From NCBI GenBank assembly GCA_964404025.1, contig CAYOIJ010000004.1, forward strand, positions 782 through 64,781: a DNA stretch of 64,000 nucleotides, written 5' to 3'. A program made the position numbers and the translations under genes. This document shows, piece by piece, positions 37,611 to 47,050 of the stretch; the first letter of the stretch is position 1; every line of letters starts with the position of its first letter. This stretch comes from an uncultured Pseudomonadales bacterium. GTDB taxonomy: Bacteria > Patescibacteriota > Microgenomatia > UBA1400 > PJMF01. The notes beneath the pieces are model-generated. The model did not search any database. It was not told the DNA's origin and saw nothing but the letters and a program-made list of their open reading frames with translations.

Positions 37611-38620
37611 GATAATTTTCGCATCACCAAACCCATACAGACCGTATATTGAAGATGCCTATCTTTTGGAACTTGCCCTTTGGCTTTGGCAAAAGGAGCC
37701 ATTAAAAGAACTTCTACATTACTGAGCTGTTGGGATAAATATTGACTAAAGCCAATCATTTCCGCTGGGCCACCTGACAGCACGACTCTTTTAATAGTTT
37801 GACCAGGATGAAGTTGGCTAAAATAGCGGAGTGCTTTTTGAATTTCTATGACAACATTGTTGATCATGGGTAACATCAGTTGGACCAATTTACCCTCTAG
37901 TTGTTCAGAGTTTAGTCCATAAGTAATTTTGTAACTTTCTGCTTGCTTTAAGTCTAGGCCAAAAGTTTGAGCGATGGCATTTGTTATTAATTGAGAACCA
38001 TTTTTACTACTAAAGACAAAATCAAACATGCCGTTGGCTACTACAGCCAAATCAAGATTATTTGCGCCCAAGTGCACAATGAGAGTTTCTGGATCATCAC
38101 TTTGCAGGTCTAGAGCTCTAATGATAGAAAACATTTGAGTTTCTATGACTGTTGGTTCAATGCCAAAACCAAGAAAAATACTATTAAGTTTTTCAATAAA
38201 AGATTTTCGAGAAGCCACCAACAACACCTTCATTTTATTTTCTGGCGTTTTCTTTTCTGGACGAAGCAAGACTTGATATTCTAGTAATAAATCTTCTTTA
38301 GGAATGGGAATGTATTGTTCTGCTTGCCAGCCAATTGCGCTAGCTAATTCTGCATCGGTTAGGACTGGTATTTCAATAACTTTATTAGCAATTACTGATT
38401 CTGGTAAGCTGAGGCGAACATCACTGGCATCCAATTTATAATCATTCATTAGATTGGCAATCATTTCGCTAAATAGAGCTGTTTCTTGATCGCTTTGAGG
38501 AATTACTAAATTAGTAATATTCGGCACGTCGACGGCCTGAATGATATTGATTTCCTTAGCATTTTTGGCTGAGATAGCTTTGATACTATGAGTACCAATG
38601 TCTAGGGCAGTAATTGACAT
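37607..38620 (-). CDS. pilM: Type IV pilus assembly ATPase-fold protein PilM
   Basis: 'ALDIGTHSIKAISA' actin-like N-terminus, and 337 aa with the FtsA/PilM fold pattern. Confidence 0.8.
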   Translation of the reverse strand: MSITALDIGTHSIKAISAKNAKEINIIQAVDVPNITNLVIPQSDQETALFSEMIANLMNDYKLDASDVRLSLPESVIANKVIEIPVLTDAELASAIGWQAEQYIPIPKEDLLLEYQVLLRPEKKTPENKMKVLLVASRKSFIEKLNSIFLGFGIEPTVIETQMFSIIRALDLQSDDPETLIVHLGANNLDLAVVANGMFDFVFSSKNGSQLITNAIAQTFGLDLKQAESYKITYGLNSEQLEGKLVQLMLPMINNVVIEIQKALRYFSQLHPGQTIKRVVLSGGPAEMIGFSQYLSQQLSNVEVLLMAPFAKAKGQVPKDRHLQYTVCMGLVMRKLS

Positions 38621-38632
38621 AATTATTATTTT

Positions 38633-39460
38633 TTATTTTACGATAGTGCCTCCACTAAATAAAGCAAAAGTCATGAAACTTGGAGCGCTGGGTAGGCTTT
38701 TATTGGCCTCAATTGTTTTGTTGCTAATATCGCTCTCACTTTTAGCTAAAGACTCGATTTTATATTGGCTGGAGCTAATGAGGTTCGCGCTCGCGTTGAC
38801 TTGCAGATCTGTACCTGATCCAACAGCCTGTATGTACAAAGTAGCGTCATTGTTGTTGCTACTATCAATTGTCAAATTATGGGCATATTGAAAGGGTGAG
38901 TCAGCAGCAATAGGACTGATAAAATTTTGATTACTGCTGTAGAGACAGTCACCAGCTCCAACCAGATAGTAGTGATTTTGGTATTCACTGCCACTTAAAT
39001 GAACTAGGGTGAGCAGGACAGCTGTTTTATAAGTCGCGTTGCAAGCGTTTTTTGACCAATTAATTTTAATGGTGCCAGTTGTATTAGCAACATCAATTCT
39101 TAAGTTTTCACCTTGGTTAAGGTAACCCTCATATCCTTGGGTGGTGCTAATAGAAACCTGATTTAGGGCATTATTTGAGATATCTCCAGAGGGCAAGCTG
39201 GGTATTTGACCAGCTTCATATTGATAAATTTGGTTAAGAGCTTCATCAACGCCAGTTTCGGCGGTATTAAAAACTCTGGTGGCGTCGCTTTGATCTACAA
39301 CTAGTTTATTTTCTTGAACAACGCGGTTAGCTACAGACAGGCCAAAGATTAAAACGATAGCGGTAATTAACATCACCACCACCCCAATTTGACCACCAAC
39401 CTGGTGAGAAGAAACTTTAGGCATATATTTAATCATAAAGTAAAAAAGAAAGAAGAACAA
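38633..39460 (-). CDS. Membrane-anchored hypothetical protein upstream of pilM
   Basis: TM 'IGVVVMLITAIVLIFGLSV', then an N/S/T-rich region; it sits between recG and pilM in a tight co-oriented array. Confidence 0.3.
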   Translation of the reverse strand: MFFFLFYFMIKYMPKVSSHQVGGQIGVVVMLITAIVLIFGLSVANRVVQENKLVVDQSDATRVFNTAETGVDEALNQIYQYEAGQIPSLPSGDISNNALNQVSISTTQGYEGYLNQGENLRIDVANTTGTIKINWSKNACNATYKTAVLLTLVHLSGSEYQNHYYLVGAGDCLYSSNQNFISPIAADSPFQYAHNLTIDSSNNNDATLYIQAVGSGTDLQVNASANLISSSQYKIESLAKSESDISNKTIEANKSLPSAPSFMTFALFSGGTIVK

Positions 39461-39473
39461 GCGGTTTTGCTTG

Positions 39474-41564
39474 TTAATTGTTGTTAATTGTTTCTAAAAA
39501 TTCCCGTTTATCAAAGTAGGGAGTGAGCGGTGATTGATAATTTTCATTGTGATCGGTGATTATTTTAGCTTGTTCAATAATTTTTAAGTTTGCCCAAGAG
39601 GCAAATTGTAATTTATCAAAACCGCTTTGAATATTGCCAAAAATATCGCCAGCACCTCTTTGTTTAAGGTCCAATTGAGCTAATTTAAAACCATCTTTTT
39701 CTTGACAAAAAATCTTCAGTCTTTTTTGACTAGGACTCAAATTAAGCTTAGAGTTATTTTCTTCTTGAGTGGTGAATAAGAGACAAAAGCTTTCTTGACC
39801 GACTCGCCCTACTCTACCCCGCAGTTGATGCAAACTAGCTAGACCAAAGCGCTCTGCCGCTTGAATTAAAATGATATCAGCATTGGGTAAATCGACACCG
39901 ACTTCGACCATGGGCGTGCTAATTAAAATTTGTATTTGCTTGGCATAAAGTTGCTGAATAATTTCTGTTTGTTCTTTTTTCTTTAAGCGAGAGTGCAGGG
40001 TGGCTAGTTTTAGCTGCTTAGCTTTTGGGATATTGTTTTTTTGATAGTAGTCATCGAGCAGATCTGTCAGTTTTTTTAAACTATCTTTGACTGCAGCGAC
40101 ATTTTCCAAAGCACTATGTTGTGAGGGGTCAATAAAAGGACAGATGATTAGAGCTTGTCGATTATTTGATTCTAGTAATTGCTCAGCCAACCAAGCTATA
40201 GCCTTTGTTTCTTTATGCTTTGGTATTAGCCAAGTTTGAGCAATTTGTCTGTTGGCTGGCATTTCGTCTAAAATACTAGTTTTTAGGTGAGCAAAAATAG
40301 TTAGCATTAGGCTGCGAGGAATGGGAGTAGCAGTCATGCTTAAAAGGTGAGCTCCCAAACTTTGGCGCTGTTTGGTGCCAAAGCGATGTTGTTCATCGTA
40401 AATAATTAGGGCCGCCTTAATATCTTCTAGGCGATTGATGAGAGCATGAGTGCCAACATATAGAGTTTTTTTACTTAATTGAAAATTTTTGCTGGTTTGA
40501 GCAGTGACTAAAACTATTTTTTGCTGAGGTAGTAATGTTTTTAAGCTTTGATAATGTTGTTGAGCTAAGATTTGAGTGGGAGCAACCAAAGCAACATTGT
40601 GGCCAGCTAAGCAGGCATGCCAAGCTGCTATGGCAGCTACTACAGTTTTGCCGCTGCCAACATCGCCAATCAACAAGCGATTCATGGCACTGGATTTTCC
40701 CATATCACCGGTGATTTCTCTGACAGCTTTTCTTTGAGCCTTAGTCAAAGTAAAAGGCAGGGTGTTTGGGATTAGATTTTCTTTTTTAATATTGATAGCA
40801 GGAGCTAGGTTTTTTTCTTGCCAAGTTTTTTTTAGCTCTTTTGCCTTATTAATTAAATAAATGATTTCTTCTAGAGCTAGCTGTTCTCTAGCCCCAATGA
40901 TTTCTTCACTTGATTGAGGAAAATGTAGGGCTTGAAAAAAGAGCTTGGGGTTGGCAAAATTTTGCCAGTTTTTTGCCGCTGATTGATGACTGAGATTATC
41001 GATGATTTCTTTTTGCAACCGTCTCAAATTGCCCTGTTTAAAACTAGCGATTTTGCTATAAATTGGTACTAAGCGAGCGGTATGAGGGCTATCTGAACCA
41101 AGTGGTTCTAAATTTGCTTGCACCAAGCTATTATTTTTTAATTGACCAGAGGCATAATATTTTTGCCCTACTTTTATTTTATTTTTGAGAAATCTATTGT
41201 TAAACCAGATAGCTGGTAATTCACCACTATCATCAAAGAGGGTTGCTCTAGAAATTAACAAGCGACCTTTGTAATATTGGCGATAATCTTTGACTTGAAC
41301 AATTAAGGTAAAAAATTCTTGTTTAGATTGATAGTTATTTTCTTTATTTTCATTAGTTCTTGGGCTCTGGCTTTCGGGAATTAGTGTCGAGTTATCGAAG
41401 CGCTGTAGTTGAGCGATTGATAAAATTGTTGAACGGTCCTCATAGCGTAGTGGTAAGTTGAGCAATAAGTCTAAGACAGTATGGATATTTCTTTTAGCTA
41501 AGGCTCCTGTCCAACTGTCCCCGATGCCACGAACGGAGTTAAGAGCTTGTTGAAGTTGGTACAT
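39474..41564 (-). CDS. recG: ATP-dependent DNA helicase RecG
   Basis: Wedge/OB N-terminal region, helicase motifs 'GDVGSGKT', 'DEQHRFG' and 'TATPIPRS', and a C-terminal TRG region. Confidence 0.9.
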   Translation of the reverse strand: MYQLQQALNSVRGIGDSWTGALAKRNIHTVLDLLLNLPLRYEDRSTILSIAQLQRFDNSTLIPESQSPRTNENKENNYQSKQEFFTLIVQVKDYRQYYKGRLLISRATLFDDSGELPAIWFNNRFLKNKIKVGQKYYASGQLKNNSLVQANLEPLGSDSPHTARLVPIYSKIASFKQGNLRRLQKEIIDNLSHQSAAKNWQNFANPKLFFQALHFPQSSEEIIGAREQLALEEIIYLINKAKELKKTWQEKNLAPAINIKKENLIPNTLPFTLTKAQRKAVREITGDMGKSSAMNRLLIGDVGSGKTVVAAIAAWHACLAGHNVALVAPTQILAQQHYQSLKTLLPQQKIVLVTAQTSKNFQLSKKTLYVGTHALINRLEDIKAALIIYDEQHRFGTKQRQSLGAHLLSMTATPIPRSLMLTIFAHLKTSILDEMPANRQIAQTWLIPKHKETKAIAWLAEQLLESNNRQALIICPFIDPSQHSALENVAAVKDSLKKLTDLLDDYYQKNNIPKAKQLKLATLHSRLKKKEQTEIIQQLYAKQIQILISTPMVEVGVDLPNADIILIQAAERFGLASLHQLRGRVGRVGQESFCLLFTTQEENNSKLNLSPSQKRLKIFCQEKDGFKLAQLDLKQRGAGDIFGNIQSGFDKLQFASWANLKIIEQAKIITDHNENYQSPLTPYFDKREFLETINNN

Positions 41565-41705
41565 AGTTCAAGTGGTTTTTATAGTCATTAAAAAAAGACA
41601 AAGAGCAGGCTCGCTAGGCTACTAAAAACCATAATGATAATCGCAAAAATCACAAAAAAGCGAATAATTTTTTCTCGTTTACGACGACTCAGTGACATAA
41701 TTTTT

Positions 41706-42920
41706 CTATTGTTTAATTTTTAATTGATAGAATCGGTGTTTGCCAATTTTTAATTTGCTGTTGTTGCTCAGTGCCAATAATTCTTGCCAACTTTCAATAA
41801 CTTTTTGTTCAGGTAAAAGCTTAACAGCTCCCTGTTTTAAGAGCCGAGCTAATTGGCTGTTGCTGAAAACATTATTGTTTGAAGTTTTTTGGCCATTCTT
41901 TTCTTGGATTTCTAGAACCAAGTCAGAAAATTGTTCGTTTTCAGGCATGGCTTTATTTTGAATAGTTTTTTGGAAATGCTCACTGGCTTGTTGAGCCGCC
42001 TGCGAGTCATGCAAATTTTTAGTGATTTCTAGTGCCAGCTCTTTTTTAAACTGCATAGGATTATCACCAGCATCTAGCGCTTTTTTAATTTCTTCTAATT
42101 TAGTTAAATCAATTCTGGTTAGAATCTCAAAATATTTAATGATTAGATCATCACTAATACTCATGATTTTGCCATAAATATCCACAGCTTTATCTTCTAG
42201 GGCGATGTAGTTATTGTGAGATTTACCCATTTTACGGCCATCAGTTCCTTCAATTAAGGGGGTGGTGAGCACCCACTTTTCTTTTTGTTTATATATATTT
42301 AGTAAATGTCTACCCATCATCATGTTGAAGGTTTGGTCATTGCCACCAACTTCCAAATCAACATCCATCACCACTGAGTCATAACCCTGAATCAAAGGAT
42401 AAATAATTTCATGCCCATGAATTGGTAAACCCTTTGCCATTCGGTCTTGAAACATGTCCCGCTCTAGCAATTGTTGCACGGTGGTTTTGGCCATTAACTT
42501 TAACATTTCGCTGTAGCTTAATTTGTCTAGCCAATCAGCGTTGTAGCGCACTTCAATAATTGAAAAATCTAAAATTTTACCAGCCTGTCTTTGCCAATTA
42601 GCAAAGTTGGCACTAATTTCTTCGTCACTGAGCATTGGTCGGCTCTCATCACGACCACTTGGATCACCAATTTTAACGGTACCGTTGCCAACTAATAAAA
42701 TTACCTTGTGACCTAATTGGGCAAAATCCTGAAGCTTGCGCAGTGGGACACTGTGGCCCAGATGCAATTCATTGCCAGTCGGATCAATACCTAAATAAAG
42801 AGTGATTGCCTTTTCAGTCATGATTTTAGCCAAGGTCTCTTTTTTCGGTAAGATATTTTCTACGCCACGAGTAAGGACTTTATCAATATCTTTAGGATTA
42901 GTGTTTAAAATTGTTGACAT
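41706..42920 (-). CDS. tyrS: Tyrosyl-tRNA synthetase
   Basis: HIGH motif 'HLGH' and KMSKS motif 'KMGKS'; the ~400-aa length with a C-terminal S4-like domain favours TyrRS over TrpRS. Confidence 0.85.
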   Translation of the reverse strand: MSTILNTNPKDIDKVLTRGVENILPKKETLAKIMTEKAITLYLGIDPTGNELHLGHSVPLRKLQDFAQLGHKVILLVGNGTVKIGDPSGRDESRPMLSDEEISANFANWQRQAGKILDFSIIEVRYNADWLDKLSYSEMLKLMAKTTVQQLLERDMFQDRMAKGLPIHGHEIIYPLIQGYDSVVMDVDLEVGGNDQTFNMMMGRHLLNIYKQKEKWVLTTPLIEGTDGRKMGKSHNNYIALEDKAVDIYGKIMSISDDLIIKYFEILTRIDLTKLEEIKKALDAGDNPMQFKKELALEITKNLHDSQAAQQASEHFQKTIQNKAMPENEQFSDLVLEIQEKNGQKTSNNNVFSNSQLARLLKQGAVKLLPEQKVIESWQELLALSNNSKLKIGKHRFYQLKIKQ

Positions 42921-42967
42921 AAGATTGTTTTATTGTAGCATGAGGACAAGTTTGATAGAATGACGGC

Positions 42968-45781
42968 ATGCAGGATTTCTCTCAGCAACCGGTGATTGTT
43001 AGGGAAGTTAATCCAAATAAGAAGATTTCATTGTGGAGGCGTTTAAAATGGCTTGTAAGACGAGTTAAAGTTAAATTAAGTATTTTCTGGGAAAAAATAT
43101 TATATTCGATTATGCCAAAAAAATATCGTTCACGACGGCGACAATTAAGCCCTAGCGAAAAGAAACTACGAAGAATTAAGACTTGGCGAATTTTAGCCGT
43201 GGTTTTTTGTAGTTTAGTGGTTTTGGGAATAATTAGTTTTTTGTTGATGTTTGTTTGGTTTTCTAAAGACTTGCCAAAACCTGGTGAGGTCATTAGAAGA
43301 GAGGGTTTTAGCAGTAAGATTTATGATCGCGAGGGCGCGCTGCTTTATGATCTTTTTCAAGAGGAGCGTCGTCAACCCAGCAAAATTGAAGACATTCCAG
43401 AAGTGCTCAAAAATGCAACCATAGCTATTGAGGATAAAGATTTTTACAAGCATCGTGGTTTTGATTTTTTAACCATTGTTCGTATTCCTTATAATTTTAT
43501 TTTTAGAGGTCGGGTAATTGGTGGGTCTACTCTCACCCAGCAATTGGTGAAAAATGCTTTGTTGACCAATGAACGAACGCTTATTCGTAAATTTAAAGAA
43601 TTGGTTTTATCTATTCAAATTGAGCGTAAATTTAGCAAGGATGAGATTTTAACCATGTACCTTAATGAGGCGCCTTATGGGGGTAATCTTTGGGGAGTAG
43701 CGACTGCAGTTGAAACCTATTTTAATAAGCCAATGGGTGAATTGACTATTTTGGAAAGTGCTTTTTTAGCTGGCTTACCTCAACGCCCCAGTGTGTATTC
43801 TCCTTACTCAACTCGTTTAGATGAAGATGGCGAGCCTTATTGGAAAATGCGTACCAAAGCGGTACTAAAAGCTATGAAAGACAATAAATATATTAGTGAG
43901 GAAGAATATGATGAAGCGCTTGCTGGACTTGCTGATTTAAGTTTTGAGAGAACGATGGCTGAAATTAAAGCTCCACACTTTGTTTTTTATGTGCAAAAAG
44001 AACTTGAAGAAATGTTTGGTGAAGAATTATTGATGCGAGGTGGTTTAAATGTGACCACTACCCTAGATTGGGATTTACAAGAATTAGCCCAAACGGTGGT
44101 TGCCGAAGAAGTTGAAGCAGTAACTAGATACGAAATTACTAATGGTGCTGCAGTGGCTCTTGATCCCCAGACTGGAGAAATATTGGCTATGGTTGGTAGT
44201 AGAGATTACTTTAATGATGAGGTGGGTGGTCAATTTAATGTGGTGGTAGATGGTCTTAGACAGCCAGGATCAGCGATTAAGCCAATTACTTATCTTGGTA
44301 TGTTGCGACGCGGATTTACACCGGCAACGATGATTATGGATGTTCCAACTACTTTTGCGCGCAATGAAGCAGAAAAACCCTATACTCCTCGCAACTATGA
44401 TGGGCAATTTCGTGGGCCAGTAAGTTTGCGCCAATCTTTGGGTAGTTCTTTAAACATCCCAGCAGTTAAGTCTTTGGCCACCGTTGGTCTAGAGGAATTC
44501 CTAAGCTTAGCTTACGAGATGGGTTTAGAAACTTTAGAGCCAAGCAAAGCTAATTTACAGCGTTTTGGCCTAGCTCTTACTTTAGGTGGTGGCGAGGTTT
44601 ATATGCTAGATTTGGCTGGAGCCTACAGTGTTTTTGCCAATGGAGGGCAAAAAATAGATGCTGTAGCAGTTTTGAAAGTAGAAAATAGTGAAGGCAAGGT
44701 GCTCTATGAGCACAAACATACCCAGGGTAAGCAAATTATTGATGAAGCAGAAGCATTTTTAATTAATAATATTTTGTCTGACAACAATGCCCGTCTCTTA
44801 GCTTTTGGCGCTAATTCTTTATTGAATACCGGACGACCAATTGCTGTTAAAACTGGAACCACCAATGACATGAAGGATAACTGGACTATTGGTTGGAGTA
44901 GCGATATTTTAGTGGCGACTTGGGTGGGCAATAATGACAATAGCTCTATGAGTTATGTTGCCTCTGGTATTACTGGAGCCTCACCAATTTGGCGACGAAT
45001 CATTTTGGGAGCACTAAATTCTGGCTATGATGCGCCAGAATGGGAAGTGCTCAGCAATGTAGAAAGAGTTGAGCTTGATGCAATTTCTGGTTACCCCAGT
45101 CATGATGATTTCCCTAGTAAATCCGACTACACTATCAAAGGAACGTTGCCAGCTCTCCCCGACCCCATCCATCGTTTAGTTAAAGTTTGCAAAGGAGAAA
45201 ACGACAAGTTAGCTACTGAGGCAAAAATTGCTGCTGGTGACTATGATAAGCGCGAATTTATTTTTGCTCTAGAAGATGATCCTTTTAGCGAAGATGGTGT
45301 GAATAGATGGCAAATTGGTATTGATGCTTGGATTGAAACTCAAGACGATTCTCGCTATCGAGTGCCGACTGATTATTGTGGGGATTTTGGAGATGTTAGC
45401 GTGAGATTGAGAAAGCCAGGTGATAAACAAAATTTTGACAAAGAAGAAATTGAAGTTGAAATTAAAGCTGGCAGTGATGACGGTATTGAAAAGCTAGAGC
45501 TCTATGTAGATGGTAAACTTTTGGAAACCGTTCTTGGTCGTAGTGAGTATAAGGGAAAAATTAAATTAGATGCGGGTAAACACGAACTCTACGCTAAGGC
45601 TTATGCCAAAAGTGGTGAAAGCAGAACTAGCGATAAAGTGAAAATTGGTACAGGTGGTATTGACTGGGACTATGTAGAGCCAACTCCAACTCCAAAACCA
45701 AGTATTGCTCCGGTACCCACGACACCCCCAGTTGATTTAACTCCCACTCCCGCGCTTACTCCAACTGAAGAAGATGATTAA
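42968..45781 (+). CDS. Class A penicillin-binding protein (PBP1A: glycosyltransferase + transpeptidase) with C-terminal extension
   Basis: GT51 motifs 'EDKDFYKHRGFD' and 'GGSTLTQQ', transpeptidase 'SAIKP', 'SLN' and 'KTGT'. An extra ~230-aa C-terminus ends in a Pro/Thr-rich tail. Confidence 0.9.
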   Translation: MQDFSQQPVIVREVNPNKKISLWRRLKWLVRRVKVKLSIFWEKILYSIMPKKYRSRRRQLSPSEKKLRRIKTWRILAVVFCSLVVLGIISFLLMFVWFSKDLPKPGEVIRREGFSSKIYDREGALLYDLFQEERRQPSKIEDIPEVLKNATIAIEDKDFYKHRGFDFLTIVRIPYNFIFRGRVIGGSTLTQQLVKNALLTNERTLIRKFKELVLSIQIERKFSKDEILTMYLNEAPYGGNLWGVATAVETYFNKPMGELTILESAFLAGLPQRPSVYSPYSTRLDEDGEPYWKMRTKAVLKAMKDNKYISEEEYDEALAGLADLSFERTMAEIKAPHFVFYVQKELEEMFGEELLMRGGLNVTTTLDWDLQELAQTVVAEEVEAVTRYEITNGAAVALDPQTGEILAMVGSRDYFNDEVGGQFNVVVDGLRQPGSAIKPITYLGMLRRGFTPATMIMDVPTTFARNEAEKPYTPRNYDGQFRGPVSLRQSLGSSLNIPAVKSLATVGLEEFLSLAYEMGLETLEPSKANLQRFGLALTLGGGEVYMLDLAGAYSVFANGGQKIDAVAVLKVENSEGKVLYEHKHTQGKQIIDEAEAFLINNILSDNNARLLAFGANSLLNTGRPIAVKTGTTNDMKDNWTIGWSSDILVATWVGNNDNSSMSYVASGITGASPIWRRIILGALNSGYDAPEWEVLSNVERVELDAISGYPSHDDFPSKSDYTIKGTLPALPDPIHRLVKVCKGENDKLATEAKIAAGDYDKREFIFALEDDPFSEDGVNRWQIGIDAWIETQDDSRYRVPTDYCGDFGDVSVRLRKPGDKQNFDKEEIEVEIKAGSDDGIEKLELYVDGKLLETVLGRSEYKGKIKLDAGKHELYAKAYAKSGESRTSDKVKIGTGGIDWDYVEPTPTPKPSIAPVPTTPPVDLTPTPALTPTEEDD

Positions 45782-47050
45782 TAAGAGACTGCTTAGAGCT
45801 GCAACCTGGGTAATGAGGTAGTGATCCAAACTGGCGATAGGTGCTAAAATTAGTAGCTTTGACCAATCTATCTTTTTTCTTAATTTCCAAATGATCAGCA
45901 ATAATATTGTTAAGGCAAGTATTCCACCTTCACTTAAAATCAATAAGCCTAAGTGGTGAGCCGGCTGAACAAAACGCACTACTTCTTTATTTTGACTATA
46001 GTTTTCTAGTTGCTTGACAAAGTTATTAGAGCCGACACCCAAAATTGGTCGATCAAGTAGCATTTGCCAAGCCGCATCATTAAGCATTTGTCGTCGTGAG
46101 ATAGATAAATAATTTTTTTTCAGATGTAAATCTAACTGCTTAATAATTAAAGGAGAACTAATAAAAAATATAATAAGTAAAGAATTAAATAATTTTTGCC
46201 AAGATAAAATTTGTTTTTTAAATTGTTTATTTTTTGTTTTTAATTTTTTCAAAAATAAATAAATTAAAAATATTAAAAAAGTTAATAAAGCGGAAAAGGA
46301 CTGAGTTAAAATAATAATAACTAGACTGTTAAATAAAAGCAGGGTTTGGACGCCTTTTTTTAATTGATTGTTATCGATTAAAATAATACTAAACATTAAA
46401 ACTAAGCCTGCCAAAACATTGGGATGAGCAGTGCTACCATAAGGCAATATTTTTTCTGCATTTAAAAATTGGCCGCTAGTAATTGTTGCAAATTCTTGTA
46501 AGTTGCTCTCACCAAAATAGTGATAAGGAGCGAGTGATCTTTGATTAAAAAATTGATAATAAGCGAGAAAACTTTGCCAAACAAGACTGACTAAGAGAGC
46601 TTGATAGATAGTTTGTAAACGCAGCTTATCCAAGTGAATTGATAATATAAAAAAACCAAGCAAAATTAAGCGAAGGTAGAAAATTAAAGAGCTAAGGGTG
46701 AGGTTAAAAAAATGATTTATTATAAAAAGTATAATTAGAAATAATATTGCTATATCAATTTTATTTAATTTTATTTTAATTTTTTTGAAGATTTGGCGAT
46801 TTTTTTCTTGAAAGAAAAAAATCGCTACACTCAGTGTTAATAAACAATCAAATAAATAAATTTTAGCTATTAGATAATCAAGCAGTAAACCCCTAACATA
46901 AGCTTCTCCTAAGCCTAGTTTCAAAAAAAGGTTGCTGCTTAAACTCAGGATAGTAACAAATAGTAGTAGATGTTCAAATTTCACCCACCAATTGGGCTTG
47001 GAATTTTTTTTGGGCCAGGTCCACCACTTTTTGACGAATTGGTTCCACAT
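45737..47050 (-). CDS. O-antigen-ligase-like polytopic membrane protein
   Basis: More than 10 TM helices with a large loop, as in the Wzy_C/O-antigen ligase family. The 5' end overlaps pheT by 77 nt, so the true start may be internal. Confidence 0.35.
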   Translation of the reverse strand: MWNQFVKKWWTWPKKNSKPNWWVKFEHLLLFVTILSLSSNLFLKLGLGEAYVRGLLLDYLIAKIYLFDCLLTLSVAIFFFQEKNRQIFKKIKIKLNKIDIAILFLIILFIINHFFNLTLSSLIFYLRLILLGFFILSIHLDKLRLQTIYQALLVSLVWQSFLAYYQFFNQRSLAPYHYFGESNLQEFATITSGQFLNAEKILPYGSTAHPNVLAGLVLMFSIILIDNNQLKKGVQTLLLFNSLVIIILTQSFSALLTFLIFLIYLFLKKLKTKNKQFKKQILSWQKLFNSLLIIFFISSPLIIKQLDLHLKKNYLSISRRQMLNDAAWQMLLDRPILGVGSNNFVKQLENYSQNKEVVRFVQPAHHLGLLILSEGGILALTILLLIIWKLRKKIDWSKLLILAPIASLDHYLITQVAALSSLLLIIFFSWSKRGSGS

